A DNA stretch of 64,000 nucleotides from the NCBI RefSeq assembly GCF_004010195.1, contig NC_057718.1, positions 89,192,250-89,256,249 on the forward strand, read 5' to 3'. Numbering within the stretch: the stretch's first letter is position 1; every line of letters begins with the position of its first letter. This stretch comes from Chiloscyllium plagiosum (taxonomy: Eukaryota). A program made the position numbers and the translations under genes. Under the pieces are notes generated by a model, which saw only the letters and a program-made list of their open reading frames with translations, was not told the origin of the DNA and made no database searches. This document shows, piece by piece, positions 13,107-25,414 of the stretch.

Positions 13107-15210
13107 GTCAGTGGTTGAAATGGCACGCAGTATTAACAGAGGTCCCAGCAGAAAACTACCTACGATCACTTGCAAATGAAGCACATCACTGCAGCAAAAT
13201 TTATATAGCTTCAGCCTCATCCAAAAGCAACTACTCTGCAACAAAACAAGCCCTGTATTTTGTGTACTTACTGATTCGGAAAGGGCTTGCTAGTGACGCG
13301 GGAACAGCATAGTGTTCCAGCAGTTTTGTAAAGTTGTCTAAACTTTTCGAAGAATTTACTGCAACTCCAAGTGCTTGACTAGAACATGACCATGAGGACC
13401 AACATTAAAGGATGGATAATCCTTGGCTTTCCAAAAACCACTTGGCGACAGAATGAGTTAGACCACAGAGCATTCACCTCTGAGCTACCTGAGGTCCAAT
13501 CTGCTGGTGATGGTTTGGATGGAGAACCAGGATGCAAGGGGGCGGAGGTGAACGGAGTTAATGCACTTATCCTCGTACACATCTGGATCCCGTCGGCAGC
13601 TGTGCGGGGGAATCGAGGAGAAAATAACCCACTCTGGTGCCAATCTTCTGAGCTGGGGCCATACTGCTGGCTCAGAGTAAAGGGAGCTTTACCCTTCCGT
13701 GGAATTCTCTTCACTCCCTCATCTTCAGTTTAAAAAAAAACAAATCTCACAAACATATTCTCCTTCAACATGGCATGTGAATTTCCCCATGACTCAACTG
13801 ACCTTGTGGTCATTCAGTTCCTCTGCCAGTACTGGCGGCCATCTTGGTCCTATTGCTTATTCCATCATCTTTGTTCATTAATTTGGGTTTATGTTATGCT
13901 TGTTAATAATTTGAATAGATTGATTTGTTTTGCATAATTAGGAGTTTGTAATGTGTTCTGGACTAAATGCAGCCAATATTCGACATGCCTCCAGCTAAGT
14001 CACAAAATAACTGCTGCATTAAAATCTTGGAACTCCCCCTCCTCTCTGCTCTGAACAGCCACCTTTGGGAGCACCATCACCACATGGACTGCAGCAATTC
14101 AACAAGGTCCACCATCACCTTCTCCATAACAACAAGAGATGGCCAATAAAGGCCAACCTTGCTTGTTTGCCCAGAATACAATTTTAAAGTTTCTGGGTGT
14201 GGAGAGATGACTAAAGCACCGTGATCATGATACCAACCAGACCTCGATAGCCCATGGCCGCATTCCCTCAAAGGTTTTTGACACTCAATGGGAAGAATTG
14301 GAATCGGAACCCTGGGCAGGAATAGGAGGTTCACTTCAGATCAGCGTCCTGTCAAGTTTTAACACATCAGCCCAATATTGCATTACCAATATCGACACTG
14401 GCTACTACCTCATGCACTGGTGGTTTGTAGGGAATTCTTTTGCAACACTACTGTTTACTCTGTATCATTGTTGCATTAATTGTAAGATGCTTATTCTCTA
14501 CTATGGGTCAACCAACAGCCTTAGATGCAATGTTTCCTCATTTGGTGCCTTTTTTTGTACGCTTGTGTCAGACGCTTATTGTTTAGGTGTCATAGTGCTG
14601 TTGAGGTGGTGTGTTGCCGTTTTACGTTTTGAATTGGAGTTGCTGAAACCCAAAGATTTTACGAATTATTTCTGGGGCAGGATTTGGGCATGCAATGATG
14701 ATACATCAATGATGCATTTTGTATGTTGAATCCCCTGGGTCCACCCTTAGTGCTAATGGAGGGCATGTTGGGAGCAATCATGAAATCACCCAAATAGGAA
14801 CCTTCCTGCTCAACCATTCCTGACTTCAGTTAGAATCACCAGCTCACTCCCCACACCCTTACTCAGTTCTTTATGCTCCGCAGAACTGAATTCATTAGAT
14901 CCCAGCTTCCACCAGTCAATGGACGAGATGAATTTTCTCTCCTGGGTAAAGTTATAACAGAAAACTTATCCTGACTGTTGAAAATTATGAAGAAGGCATC
15001 AGGCATCACATGGTGAAGATAATTGATAGAACAGTCAGGGGGAGAATAGGTGGAGGGTAGCGAAGTGGGAGTGTACTGACAGAGATCTTTTTTTATATGG
15101 CAAGCTGTTAAAATTGTGAGTGGAGAAGGTAGATTCAATAGTAACTTGCACTTGTGCTGAATGGCCTCATGCTGTACTGTATGATTGCATATCATCCTTC
15201 ATATCATCCT

Positions 15211-15310
15211 CTATTCCTGATGAAGGGCTTTTGCCCAAAACGTCGATTTTCCTGCTCCTTGGATGCTGCCTGACCTGCTGTCTTTTTCCAGCACCAGTCT
15301 AATCTAAACT
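15211..15310 (+). mobile_element. Short Penelope-like terminal insertion
   Basis: ctgatgaagggcttttgcccaaaacgtc at 15217-15244 (GAAA changed to AAAA); flanked by tatcatcct repeats. Confidence 0.75.
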
Positions 15311-15462
15311 CTATCATCCTTCCTGTTTTCTGGATATATATGTTGTCAATTTCAGAGCAAAAACATAGTTCTTTCTTTAGTGTGTCTGATAGGTCCATGG
15401 ATTAGCCTCGTCCTTTCTCGAGTACACAGTGAGTTTGTAAGCAGCAGACAATTTCTCAAGCA

Positions 15463-15681
15463 TAGGTTGTTCTGCTACAACGCGTGTTTCATTAACACAA
15501 ATTGGCTATAATGTGATTGACGAGTTGGGGACACTATTTCTAAAGCGCGAACTTTTAAAGTATGGATTGGTTATAACACAATTCCAGTCCCATTCATTTA
15601 AACAATGCTGCTGTTATGTAATTTTCTTATGACTCGGAATTGCACAAGAAATCAACTACCACGTTATAACAGAACTGACTG
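15463..15681. mobile_element. Probable Tc1/mariner (pogo/Tigger-like) MITE
   Basis: Imperfect terminal inverted repeats gttctgctacaacgcg / cacgttataacagaac; about 220 bp and non-coding. Confidence 0.55.
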
Positions 15682-16775
15682 TGTAAGTGAGGAGAGGTAT
15701 GGGGTGGTGGGTTAAGATTTGCTCTTGGTGTTTTTCAATGACCTGTCTTTCTGAAAACTACTTTGAGTGAGAGTCAGACAAGCAGCCCTCATGTTTGTAG
15801 CTTTCTGATGCAAAGAGTAGAGCTATTTAGATTAATCTTTATTTCCACAAAGCTGTACTGAACATAGAACACAGAACATAGAAAAGTACGGCACAGAACA
15901 GGCCCTTTGACCCACGATATTGTGCCGAGGGTTAATCCTAATGTAAAATAAAATAACTTAACCTACGCACCCCTCAACTCACTGCTATCCATCTGCATGT
16001 CCAGCAGTCACTTAAATGTCCCCAATGACTCTGCTTCCACCACCACCGCTGGCAACACATTCCATGCATTCACAACTCTCTGCGAAAAGAATCTTCCTCT
16101 CTATACCTTTCTCCTAATATCTTAACTACTGCTTCTGAAAGGGTGAGTATCAGACATGGGCGGAGAGAGATGCAGGTCTTGAAATTAAAAAAACAGGCTA
16201 TGGGACATTAAAGCGGCAATACAGGAATCCTTGAGAGTCAAAACCTTTTACAAGCAGGATATGTGTGAATTCTTCCACAAGACATTCAGTATTTATGGGT
16301 GTTTTTATTGTTAGACAATGACAAATTGACATTATATCAGAAAAACACTTTGGGATAAATGTCAGATTACATTCTAATAGACAATGAGGCTTCACCAAGA
16401 ATTGGGGATAGCATTTCGAATAAATTTATTGTAATCCCGTATTTTGTATTGCTAAATTATATTCCTCTTACTCACCAAAGTACAACCATTTGGCCACGAC
16501 TTAGTTCTGGGGCATCCAATAAAGCTGCAAATAATTCTGATGATTTTATGGTTATTAAATTTGTTTATACTGCTTTTGTTGTCACAAACTGGGCAACAAT
16601 GGGATTTTACAGAAGGAGCCTCCTCATTCCGTCCTGCCCCTGTGGCCATTTTGCATCTCTCCACACTGTCCTAAATCAATACCAAATGAAGCAGATTGCC
16701 CTGCTCTCTTTATGCAGCACTGTTAATCCCAAACTAATCTCACTCACCCCCTTTCTCTCTGCAGTCCATTTTCAA

Positions 16776-17722
16776 GGACAGAACCCCTCCTGGTGCTCAG
16801 CTTCCATCCTACCAATCTTCGCATAAACGAAATCATCCGCCGACATTTCCGCCACCTCCAAAAAGACCCCACCACCAGGGATATATTTTCTTCTCCACCC
16901 CTTTCCGCCTTCCACAAAGACCGTTCCCTCCTTGACTACCTGGTCAGGTCCACGCCCCCCCAATAACCCACCCTCCCACCCTGGCACCTTCCCCTGCCAC
17001 CACAGGAATTGCAAAACCTGCTCCCACACCGCCTCCCTCATCACCATCTAAAGGAGCCTTCCACATCCATCAAACTTTTACCGGCACATCCACCAATATC
17101 ATTTATTGTATCCGTTGCTCCCGATGTGGTCTCCTCTACATTGGGGAGATTGGACACCTCCTAGCAGAGCGCTTTAGGGAACATCTCTGGGACACCCGCA
17201 CCAATCAACCACACCGCCCTGTGGCCCAATATTTCAACTCTCCCTTCCACTCAGCCGAGGACATGCAGGTCGTGGGCCTACTTCACCACCGCTCCCTCAC
17301 CACCCAATGCCTAGAGGAAGAACGCCTCATCTTCCGCCTCGGAACACTTCAACCTCAGGGCATCAATGTGGACTTCACCAGTTTCCTCATTTCCCCTTCC
17401 CTTCCCCCACCTCACCCCAGTTCCAAAATTCCAGCTCAGCACTGACCCATGACCTGTCCTACCGGCCTATCTTCCTTTCCACCTATCTACTCCACCCTCC
17501 TCTCTGACCTATCACCTTCATCCCCACCCCCACTCACCTATTACCCTCCTCTCATTTATCTCTCCACTCTTCGGGCACTCTGCCTCTATATTCCTGATGA
17601 AGGGCTTTTGCCCAAAACGTCGATTTGCCTGCTCCTCGGATGCTGCCTGAACTGCTGTGCTTTTCCAGCACCACTCTAATCCAGAATCTGGTTTCCAGCA
17701 TCTGCAATCATTGTTTTTACCG
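16776..17722 (+). mobile_element. 5'-truncated Penelope-like retroelement with GIY-YIG endonuclease remnant
   Basis: Encodes PGTFPCHHRNCKTC, NIIYCIRCSRCGLLYIGE..AERFREH..VAQYFNS..EERLIFRLGTLQPQGINVDF; hammerhead motif 17594-17621; flanking direct repeat agtcYattttcaa (16763-16775, 17723-17735). Confidence 0.9.
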
Positions 17723-19340
17723 AGTCTATTTTCAACCCCAAACTAATCCAACTGTTCCATTCTGTTCAAAGTGCTTTATCAACCCTGAGTGGTTTCTACT
17801 GTCCTGATTTCGCAACATGAATTGCGTGCATTAAGAGCCTTTGTATTCTCTGACCTTCGTTTGACTTGACACTTCTTAACCCTGTTTTCGAATCCCTTTC
17901 TAGCCTGAACCCCCTCTATCTCTGTGTTGTCCTCCAACCACACAACCCTCTGAAATATTTATATCAAAGGCCTAATTATGGCCTTTGTGCATTCCTAGCT
18001 AGAATCACTCCACCATTGGAAGTCATGCCTTCAGTCACCTAGGCCCTCAGCTCCCGAATTCCCTCCCTGCACCACTGTACCTCACTTTCCTTCATTAAAT
18101 CCTTCCTAAACTCTCTTGTGATCAAGTTTTAGGGCATGTAGCTTAACGTCTCTCAATCTGGCTTGGTGATGTACTTGTTTCCTAAAACTCCTATGAAGTA
18201 CCTTGAAGTGTTTCATCATGGTAAATATTAGTCATTGTTTTGGGTCCATCTATTTTCCATTGGGCAGTGCACAGTCCTGGCTGGATGAACTTGGAAGAGC
18301 CCTCTTTGGTATTGGTTGGGCTGAGCAGAAACAATGACTCGCGTACTTCTAAATGTTGGGCCCACATTTGCCATAAGTACAGTAAAGAAGGGTACTCTTT
18401 ACTTACCATCACATTGGCTGCAGTATTTGGGAGCTGCAGCTGTTTACACATCAGTACCATTTCTTTTATCCATGTCAAAATCCCACAGTCAATCAATCCA
18501 TTCTGGCTAACACTCACACTCGGATTTATTTACTACAAGTGGAACTATACAGAGAACCTGTAAGACACAGTAAGTCACTAATAGGGTGATACTAGGTTAA
18601 CACAATGCATAAGGGATTGCAAATTAAGTAGTCTGAAATGTTTTTGATGGTATTCTATGCCCAAATTGTAAATTGAAGATGACCTTGCATTTGTTCGTCC
18701 CTTAGATATTTTTACTCAACTTGTTCAGATGTGTTATAACAGACTGCTGAAGAAAGGGGGCAGTGGCTTCAACCTAGGTCTTCTGGCCCAGAGGTCGGGA
18801 CATTACCACTTTGCCACAAGACCCCTCCTGTTAATTCCTTGGATATTTTCTCACCATACTGGTCAGAGCTTTGATGATGAACCTCTGGAGTAGATGGGAC
18901 TTGAACTCGGGCCTTTTGTCCTGGAGGGAGGGATACCATCACTGTGTGACAAGACACACTACCATTAGTTCCTTGAGGTGGTTGATCTGATGTGAAGTAG
19001 CTGGGGACCTGAGAGACTCTTTCATTTGATGACTGAACAATTTATCCCTGATATCAGGCAGTTAAGACAGTAACCACTTTCAATATCCATCACACAAGGA
19101 AGACTTACAGTCTCCAGCTGCCTAATGATTTACCTAATGAACAACAATGACTTCTTTTGGTTGGTTTATATTGGAGTTAACCTATTAAATACCCACCACC
19201 ATTGATTAACGTCTGTTGAAAGACTTAATTGGGGTTCACATCGCCATCCTGGCTGTGCTGAGCTTCCTTTAAGATCTTTGGCTGAAGACAGCCTTGAAAA
19301 CACAGTTGCCTTGACTATCTTAAATACCCATAAAACAAAT

Positions 19341-19555
19341 ATTAGATTAGATTAGATTAGATTACAGTGTGGAAACAGGCCCTTCGGCCCAACAAGTCCA
19401 CACCGCCCCGCCGAAGCGAACCCACCCATACCCCTACATTTACCCCTTACCTAACACTACGGGCAATTTAGTACGGCCAATTCACCTGACCCTGCACATC
19501 TTTGGACTGTGGGAGGAAACCGGAGCACCCGGAGGAAACCCACGCAGACACGTGG
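19341..19555 (-). mobile_element. HE1-like SINE, 5' truncated, (AATCT)n tail
   Basis: Near-identical to the 3' part of 63491-63828. Confidence 0.88.
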
Positions 19556-21674
19556 AAATATTTTCCAAAAATGGGATCAAAATGTTGATGCAGTAAATGT
19601 ATGAAACTCAATGAGGGGTTTCCCTCTATTTTATGTCCCACCCAATTAGCTTCCTGTTGGATGTGAGAGGATGGTTGATTTCTGTTCTCTCTTTTGCTTG
19701 CCTTGTCTTCCCTTTATTGGAAGCAATCATAACTGATAAAGCCCAAACTACAATAATTAGATTCTGAGTTGTAGTGAACAAGTACAGCGATGATCATGTT
19801 ATTTTACCTTAGGGCGAAATGTTGTCACACCATTAACCATTGGTCACATGCAAGATTGCACATGGCGATGCAACTACCTATTGTAAAGCTGTCAAAAGCT
19901 GAACGGCATTGTCTAATATGTTTTTGTAAATGCATTTGTACATGTAAATTTGTTTGTTTAATTGAGAACGTTTCATTTCAAAACTATAATTGGTGAAGCA
20001 AGGTTTATCTCTCCCTGGTCTCAATACTGTGCAGTGTTGAAGCTCAGCTCGAAACAGCAGATTATTTTGAGACAAACTGTCCTGTGGCTCATAAATACAG
20101 GCAAAATGAATGTATTGCTGTGGGTTATTGGAGTTATATACTTTGTGAACTATAGCAACTTTCAAAGCATTACTTCTCTGTTTCATCAGAGAGATTGCAA
20201 ATAGTTTTTTTAAAAAAACTTTTTAGTTTGGACTAATTGATGAAGGGAATTTCATAGGGCTTGACACTATCATCGTTTACACGAAAATTGCAATTTATAT
20301 ATAGCTTTACATCTTAGCACACCATCACCGCATATGCATCACTGAGTATTATTAAAGAGGCAAGAGATAGCAGGTGTTAGATAATTTTAAAGGCACCTGA
20401 TTAATGTGCCATTTGGCAAATTATGCAGATAGTTATAAATCTACCCCTTGCTGCTATTTTGAATAGAATTAGAGGCAGTGAGCACCAGTGGTTATAGATA
20501 TGCCCAAATATTTCACAGTCTCATCAGTCTTAACAGCTCATTTGTGTTTGGCCAAATATTTTTTGTGTAGTGACTATGCTCCTGAAATAGCTAGTTCTGA
20601 AATCCAACCAGAGTCTAATCTTCAGGTGTTACATACAAAGTAAGTTAAATCACACCAGTACAATGTGTTCACACACTGTAAGTGAATTCCAGTCATCTTA
20701 TTGTGCTATCAATGCCACTGGTCTCACCACATTTGAAGAAAAATGTCTACAGTAATGTTTAAGAAAAGCCTGTATGTGTACTGTATCTTTTAAAATATTT
20801 AATTGCTAAATACTCTTGGTTCTAGTTTGTTTCAAGTACATAATGCTGTACAGTTCTGATGAGCAGGAACACTTGGATTACAGGTCGGTGTTGACAGTCA
20901 TCGAAAAGGCACATGTTTTGTCAACCAAGGTATTTTCCTGCATTGTATTTTCTCACAGAGGTAGTCTGAGCTATGCAGTGTGGAGGAATGCTGATGAACT
21001 GTATAGGTAGCTTTTAGTTAAATATGTGATAAACCATTGTTAATTTCAACTTTAAATTCCTTTCCTTTTGCTCACGCGTGGTACAGTTCTGCCTGTGTCC
21101 ATATATAAGATTGAGATTGAATGTAATGCAAGAACAGAGGATTTTTAGGGAAAAATGTACTGTGATTTGTTAATTACTAATTGGTAGCCTGAGCTTACTT
21201 CATTGAAATCTTTTTCACAAACACACTCTCCTGTCAGTGCAATGTGCTAGCCATGACCCGAGTTACAGTTTTACAACCAGAGTGTGTATTCTTTTAAAAA
21301 TTGCATTTAGTTGTTGTATATAAAAAAGTTAAGAACCTGTCACAGTGCGTCTTAAGCAGCAAAACAGTGTGTTGCTTATCACTGAAATATAGGTCCCTAA
21401 AATGAGTAACTGATAGGCTGGCTGTAAATTGCAACATGCAAACGTTTCTGAAGGAGAACAAAATAGTTTGCTCATCTCTGTGATGAGAAACTTGTGGTGC
21501 ATCCTGGGCACATTGTGAAATGGAAATAATGTCCCCTCCCAAAAAAAAAACATGTGGCTGGTTTTCCACATTACTGCAGACTGCCTGTGATGTGACACAG
21601 TGAGGATCCTCTTGAAATTGGAACCACCAAAGCTAATTTCATTTGTTTACACGCTGACTGTGACCCAGCCAGCA

Positions 21675-21800
21675 CAGAGTCAGTCCCCTAAACTGAGGAG
21701 ACTCTAAATCTCCTGTTTATGTATTTTTTTACCTCCACATTACCGCCTAACTGCAGTAGTGCTTATATTTTCCCCAGCACCCATGGTGTGTGTGTGTGTA
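21675..21800 (-). mobile_element. Second copy of the Tx1-like 3' end
   Basis: Reverse complement matches 46730-46860 (gggtgctggggaaaa..aggcggta..gagtctcctcagtttagg..actgactct). Confidence 0.7.
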
Positions 21801-22386
21801 TGCAAGTTGCTAATTTCACTGTCAGCCTATTCCCAACCCACCTGAGAATTGTGTGGAATTTATAACAAGACCTTGAATGGCAAATATCTGTTGCTGGGGG
21901 CTACAAAGATCTCAGCTCACACTCCACCTATCGTCGTAGTCAGGGGTTTTCTAGTGGGAGAGTAAATTATTCCCAAAATGTACTCAAACAAGAGTGGAAT
22001 TCTCTTCCTGAAGGAACATGCAACATTCCAGAGGGGGATTGCATTGGTTGACTGCTCATCGGGTAACGTGAATACCAAAGACATCTTGCTCATGTTTCAC
22101 ACCTTCCAATTCATTCTACCTTCTAAGAAGCCTACGTACATTGACGTCTGAACTACCTATTGCAATGCACTACCTAGTAAACTCATCGTGACCCTTCCTC
22201 TCCCCACCCCCCCCCCACCCCCAGAAGGGTCTGCACTTTGTAGCACCATGAAAGTGTTTTGTAACAGACTTCTCTTTCTTTCTTAATATGTTATTGCAGC
22301 TGACGCTGTTTGTAATTTGTGTGTGATTTTTAATTTAGGAAATCCAATGCATGTAGAATGATTTTATTTGCATATTGAATGGGTGA

Positions 22387-22392
22387 AATAAA
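22387..22392 (+). promoter_or_regulatory. Candidate distal polyadenylation signal for ESR1
   Basis: AATAAA with a U/UG-rich upstream region and a GU-rich downstream element (tgttactgtgttgt); use is not demonstrated. Confidence 0.35.
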
Positions 22393-23145
22393 ACAGTGAG
22401 CTAATGTGCCTGTTACTGTGTTGTACTTCGACGTTCCCAGATCCTGATACGTGGAAGCACGGCTGCGCTGTGCCCTGGAAATATGCTGGAGGTGTGCAGT
22501 GACTGAGTGGCTCTCCACCAGCAAGGCTTCAGCCCAGATTTAGAGCAATGAAGGGCTGCAGAGATAGCATAAGCAAAACAAGGTGCAGGAAGAGACCATA
22601 GCGCCTTTGCAGCCAAGAGGAAATGTCACAAGCTTTGCAGGAATGTTTCCCAATACACCTGGGGTGCATCATCCTCCCTAAATGGCAGATGACAGGGATG
22701 CAGTAGCTATGACACTGGTCGAAAAGGCCATTGGGAATTTTTTTTTTTAAAAAAGCACATGGTCTTTAAAAATAAAGACAGAGTGTAGAAAAGCAAAGGC
22801 TGGTTCCCGCCAATTCTGGGCACTGGATGTTAGAGATGTACAAAGTTTTGAGGTTTTTGTTTTGTCCTTGGGGTGAATGTGGAGAGACCATGTCCCCTGC
22901 AGGAGAGCTGGTGATCAGAGGTTTAGATATTTGGCAAAATATCCAGAAGCAATATGAGGAAAATGGTTAAAAAAAAAACTTAGGAAAGAAGGTGCTAAAA
23001 GTCTAGAATGCATGACTGAAGGGTGGTGGAAGCAGATTCAGTCATAACTTTCAAATGGGAACTGGATAAATATGTGAAAAGGCACCTTTTACAGTTCAGT
23101 GGGAAGAGATCAGAGGAGATGTATGGATTGAATAACTCTCTGTTA

Positions 23146-24055
23146 CAGAGTCAGACAGCACAGAAACAGACCCTTCAGCCCAACTTGTCTATACTGACCA
23201 GCTTCACTGAACTGAACTAGTCCCATTTGCCTTCAAAATCTTTCCGGTCCATGTACCCATCCAGATGCCTTTTAAATGTTGTAATTATACCAGCCTCCAT
23301 CACTTCCTCTGGCAGCTCATTCCATACACACACCACCCTGTGTGTGAAAAAGTTGCCCCTCAGGACCCTTTCAATATTTTCCCCCTCCCTCCTTAAACCA
23401 AAGCCCTCCAGTTTTGGACTCCCCCACCCCAGGGAAAAGGCCTTTGCTATTCACCTTATCTATGCCGCTTGTGATTTTATAAACCTCTATAAGGTCACCC
23501 CTCAACCTCCTACGTGCCAGTGAAAAAAGTCCCAGCCTATCCTATTAACTCAAACCTTCCAGTCTCGGTAATATCCATCTAAATCATTTTTGCATTGTTT
23601 CCAGTTTAATAATATCCTTTTTATAGCAGGCGACCAGAATTGTATCCAAGTGTGGCCTGACTAATGTCTTGTACAGCCGTAACATGACCTCCCAACTCCT
23701 ATACTCAGTGTTCAGACCCATGAAGATCTATTTACCAGTGACAGCACTTTCAAGGAACTATGTATCTGCACTGCTAGGTCTCTCTTCAGCAACACTCCCC
23801 AGGGCTCTACCATTAACTGTATAAGTCCTGCCCTGGTTTGCCTTTCCAAAATACAGTACACCTCGCATTTATATAAATTAAACTCCATCTGCCACTCCTT
23901 GGCCCACTGGCCCATTTGATCAAGAACCTGTGGTATTCTCAAGAGAACTTTCTTCACTGTCCACTATAACACCAACTTTGGTGTCATCTACAAACTTACC
24001 CCTCCTCTAATTCTCATCCAAATCATTCATATAAATGACAAACAACAGTGGACCA
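23146..24055 (-). mobile_element. CR1/HER1 LINE 3' fragment
   Basis: GPLLFVIYMNDLDEN, DQMGQWAKEWQMEFN, then 3' tail. Confidence 0.85.
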
Positions 24056-25170
24056 TGCTTTCCTTTTGCACTGTAACTATGATGGGCTATTTCCAATTGC
24101 TGGTTCACTTGCTCAAATCGACAAGTGATCAGAGGTGGGGGTGACGCACTTGCATTCCCTTCCATGGAAGAGGGGTAGGGAGCAAAGAGGTTACGTTGCA
24201 TTGAGTTCAGATCCTATGTTGGAACGTGCAATAGGTGCAAAGCAGTGATGACACAAAGACCAGGATGAAAGAAGTAGGTCCTTTAATGAGAGACCCGGCT
24301 TTCTGCTGTACACCAAAAAGAACCAGCTTTCCATATTCTTACTTGTAGACACACGAGGCTGCTTCTGAATAGAAAAACGCGCTGCGGTTTGACCATGATC
24401 GGAACATGCCACAATTAGACGATCACAGCGGTCAACAGGAGTGACACTGTTCAAGAGGCTTCCCTCGTTTTGAATTTCATCACTGGATTCCCTTTGGAAT
24501 TGCTTCAAACATGTGTCCCACCCATTGCACAAAGCAAGAGGTTGCGGGAGGATTTATATTTATATATTATGTACACATTCATGCCTCCCTCCACCAAGTA
24601 ACATCGAGAAAGGGAAGTATTCGCTCAGTGCAGGTTTCTGAAAAGCAGCTCACAAGGTAAAAATGATCAGCGTGGGTACTAAATGCAAAGGGTTATATTA
24701 AACCATAAAATAGCTTTAACAATCTGTACACATATAATCTGTTCAATTTTAGTTTACATCCAATAATTGTCTGATTGACATCGCCTGAAAGTTTACTTAC
24801 ATCTCAATACTATCCAGCTCAGACTCCCTTCTAGATTTACAACGTTCACACATTCAGAGAGTTAATTTTGAAAGCTCAAACTATACAAGCCCATGCCTAA
24901 AGCAAACACTGTAGAAAATAAATGCTCATTAAAAAGTTATTTAAACTGGTATGTTACATGTTTCTCTTTGAATCCTGGATCTGGGAGCGCGGACTGGCTA
25001 CTTTCATGCCCATCCTGTGGCTTCAGTTTGACCCGAGTGGTTTCAAAGGACATCGTACAGAGTAGCCAATGGAGTGGAGAGCTCTAAAGGAGCCAGGCTT
25101 GCTTTCCCCCTTTCCATGAGAAACTGTGTCTGGTGACGATTCCATTTCTCAACTCTCTCTCTCCTATTGG

Positions 25171-25414
25171 TCATATTGGAGGGGGCCCATTGGTGTACCT
25201 CAGCATGGGGTGGAAGGATCGGGCAAAGTTGTTGGATGAGGCACAGCTATAGTCTTCCTCAGTCATTGGCACAAGACAGGCCAGAGCGATCAGCAGCAGC
25301 AGCAACAACTGCAGAGGTAACGCTGCTCGGAGCACTCGCAGGAGAAAGGACGGCTTCTTCCGGGCTTCCAACTCCTTAGAATGGGAAGAATCTCTTTGGC
25401 TTTCTTTGTGGAGC
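25171..25414 (-). CDS. SYNE1: Nesprin-1 last coding exon: transmembrane segment and luminal KASH peptide
   Basis: aatacag|G CTC CAC AAA; encodes [80 protein letters not shown]; [15 protein letters not shown] end is nesprin-1 type. Confidence 0.96.

Noticed and set aside
16776..17722. Autonomous, intact retroelement
   Set aside because: The reverse transcriptase region is missing and the remaining ORF is disrupted; no intact element is present in the window.
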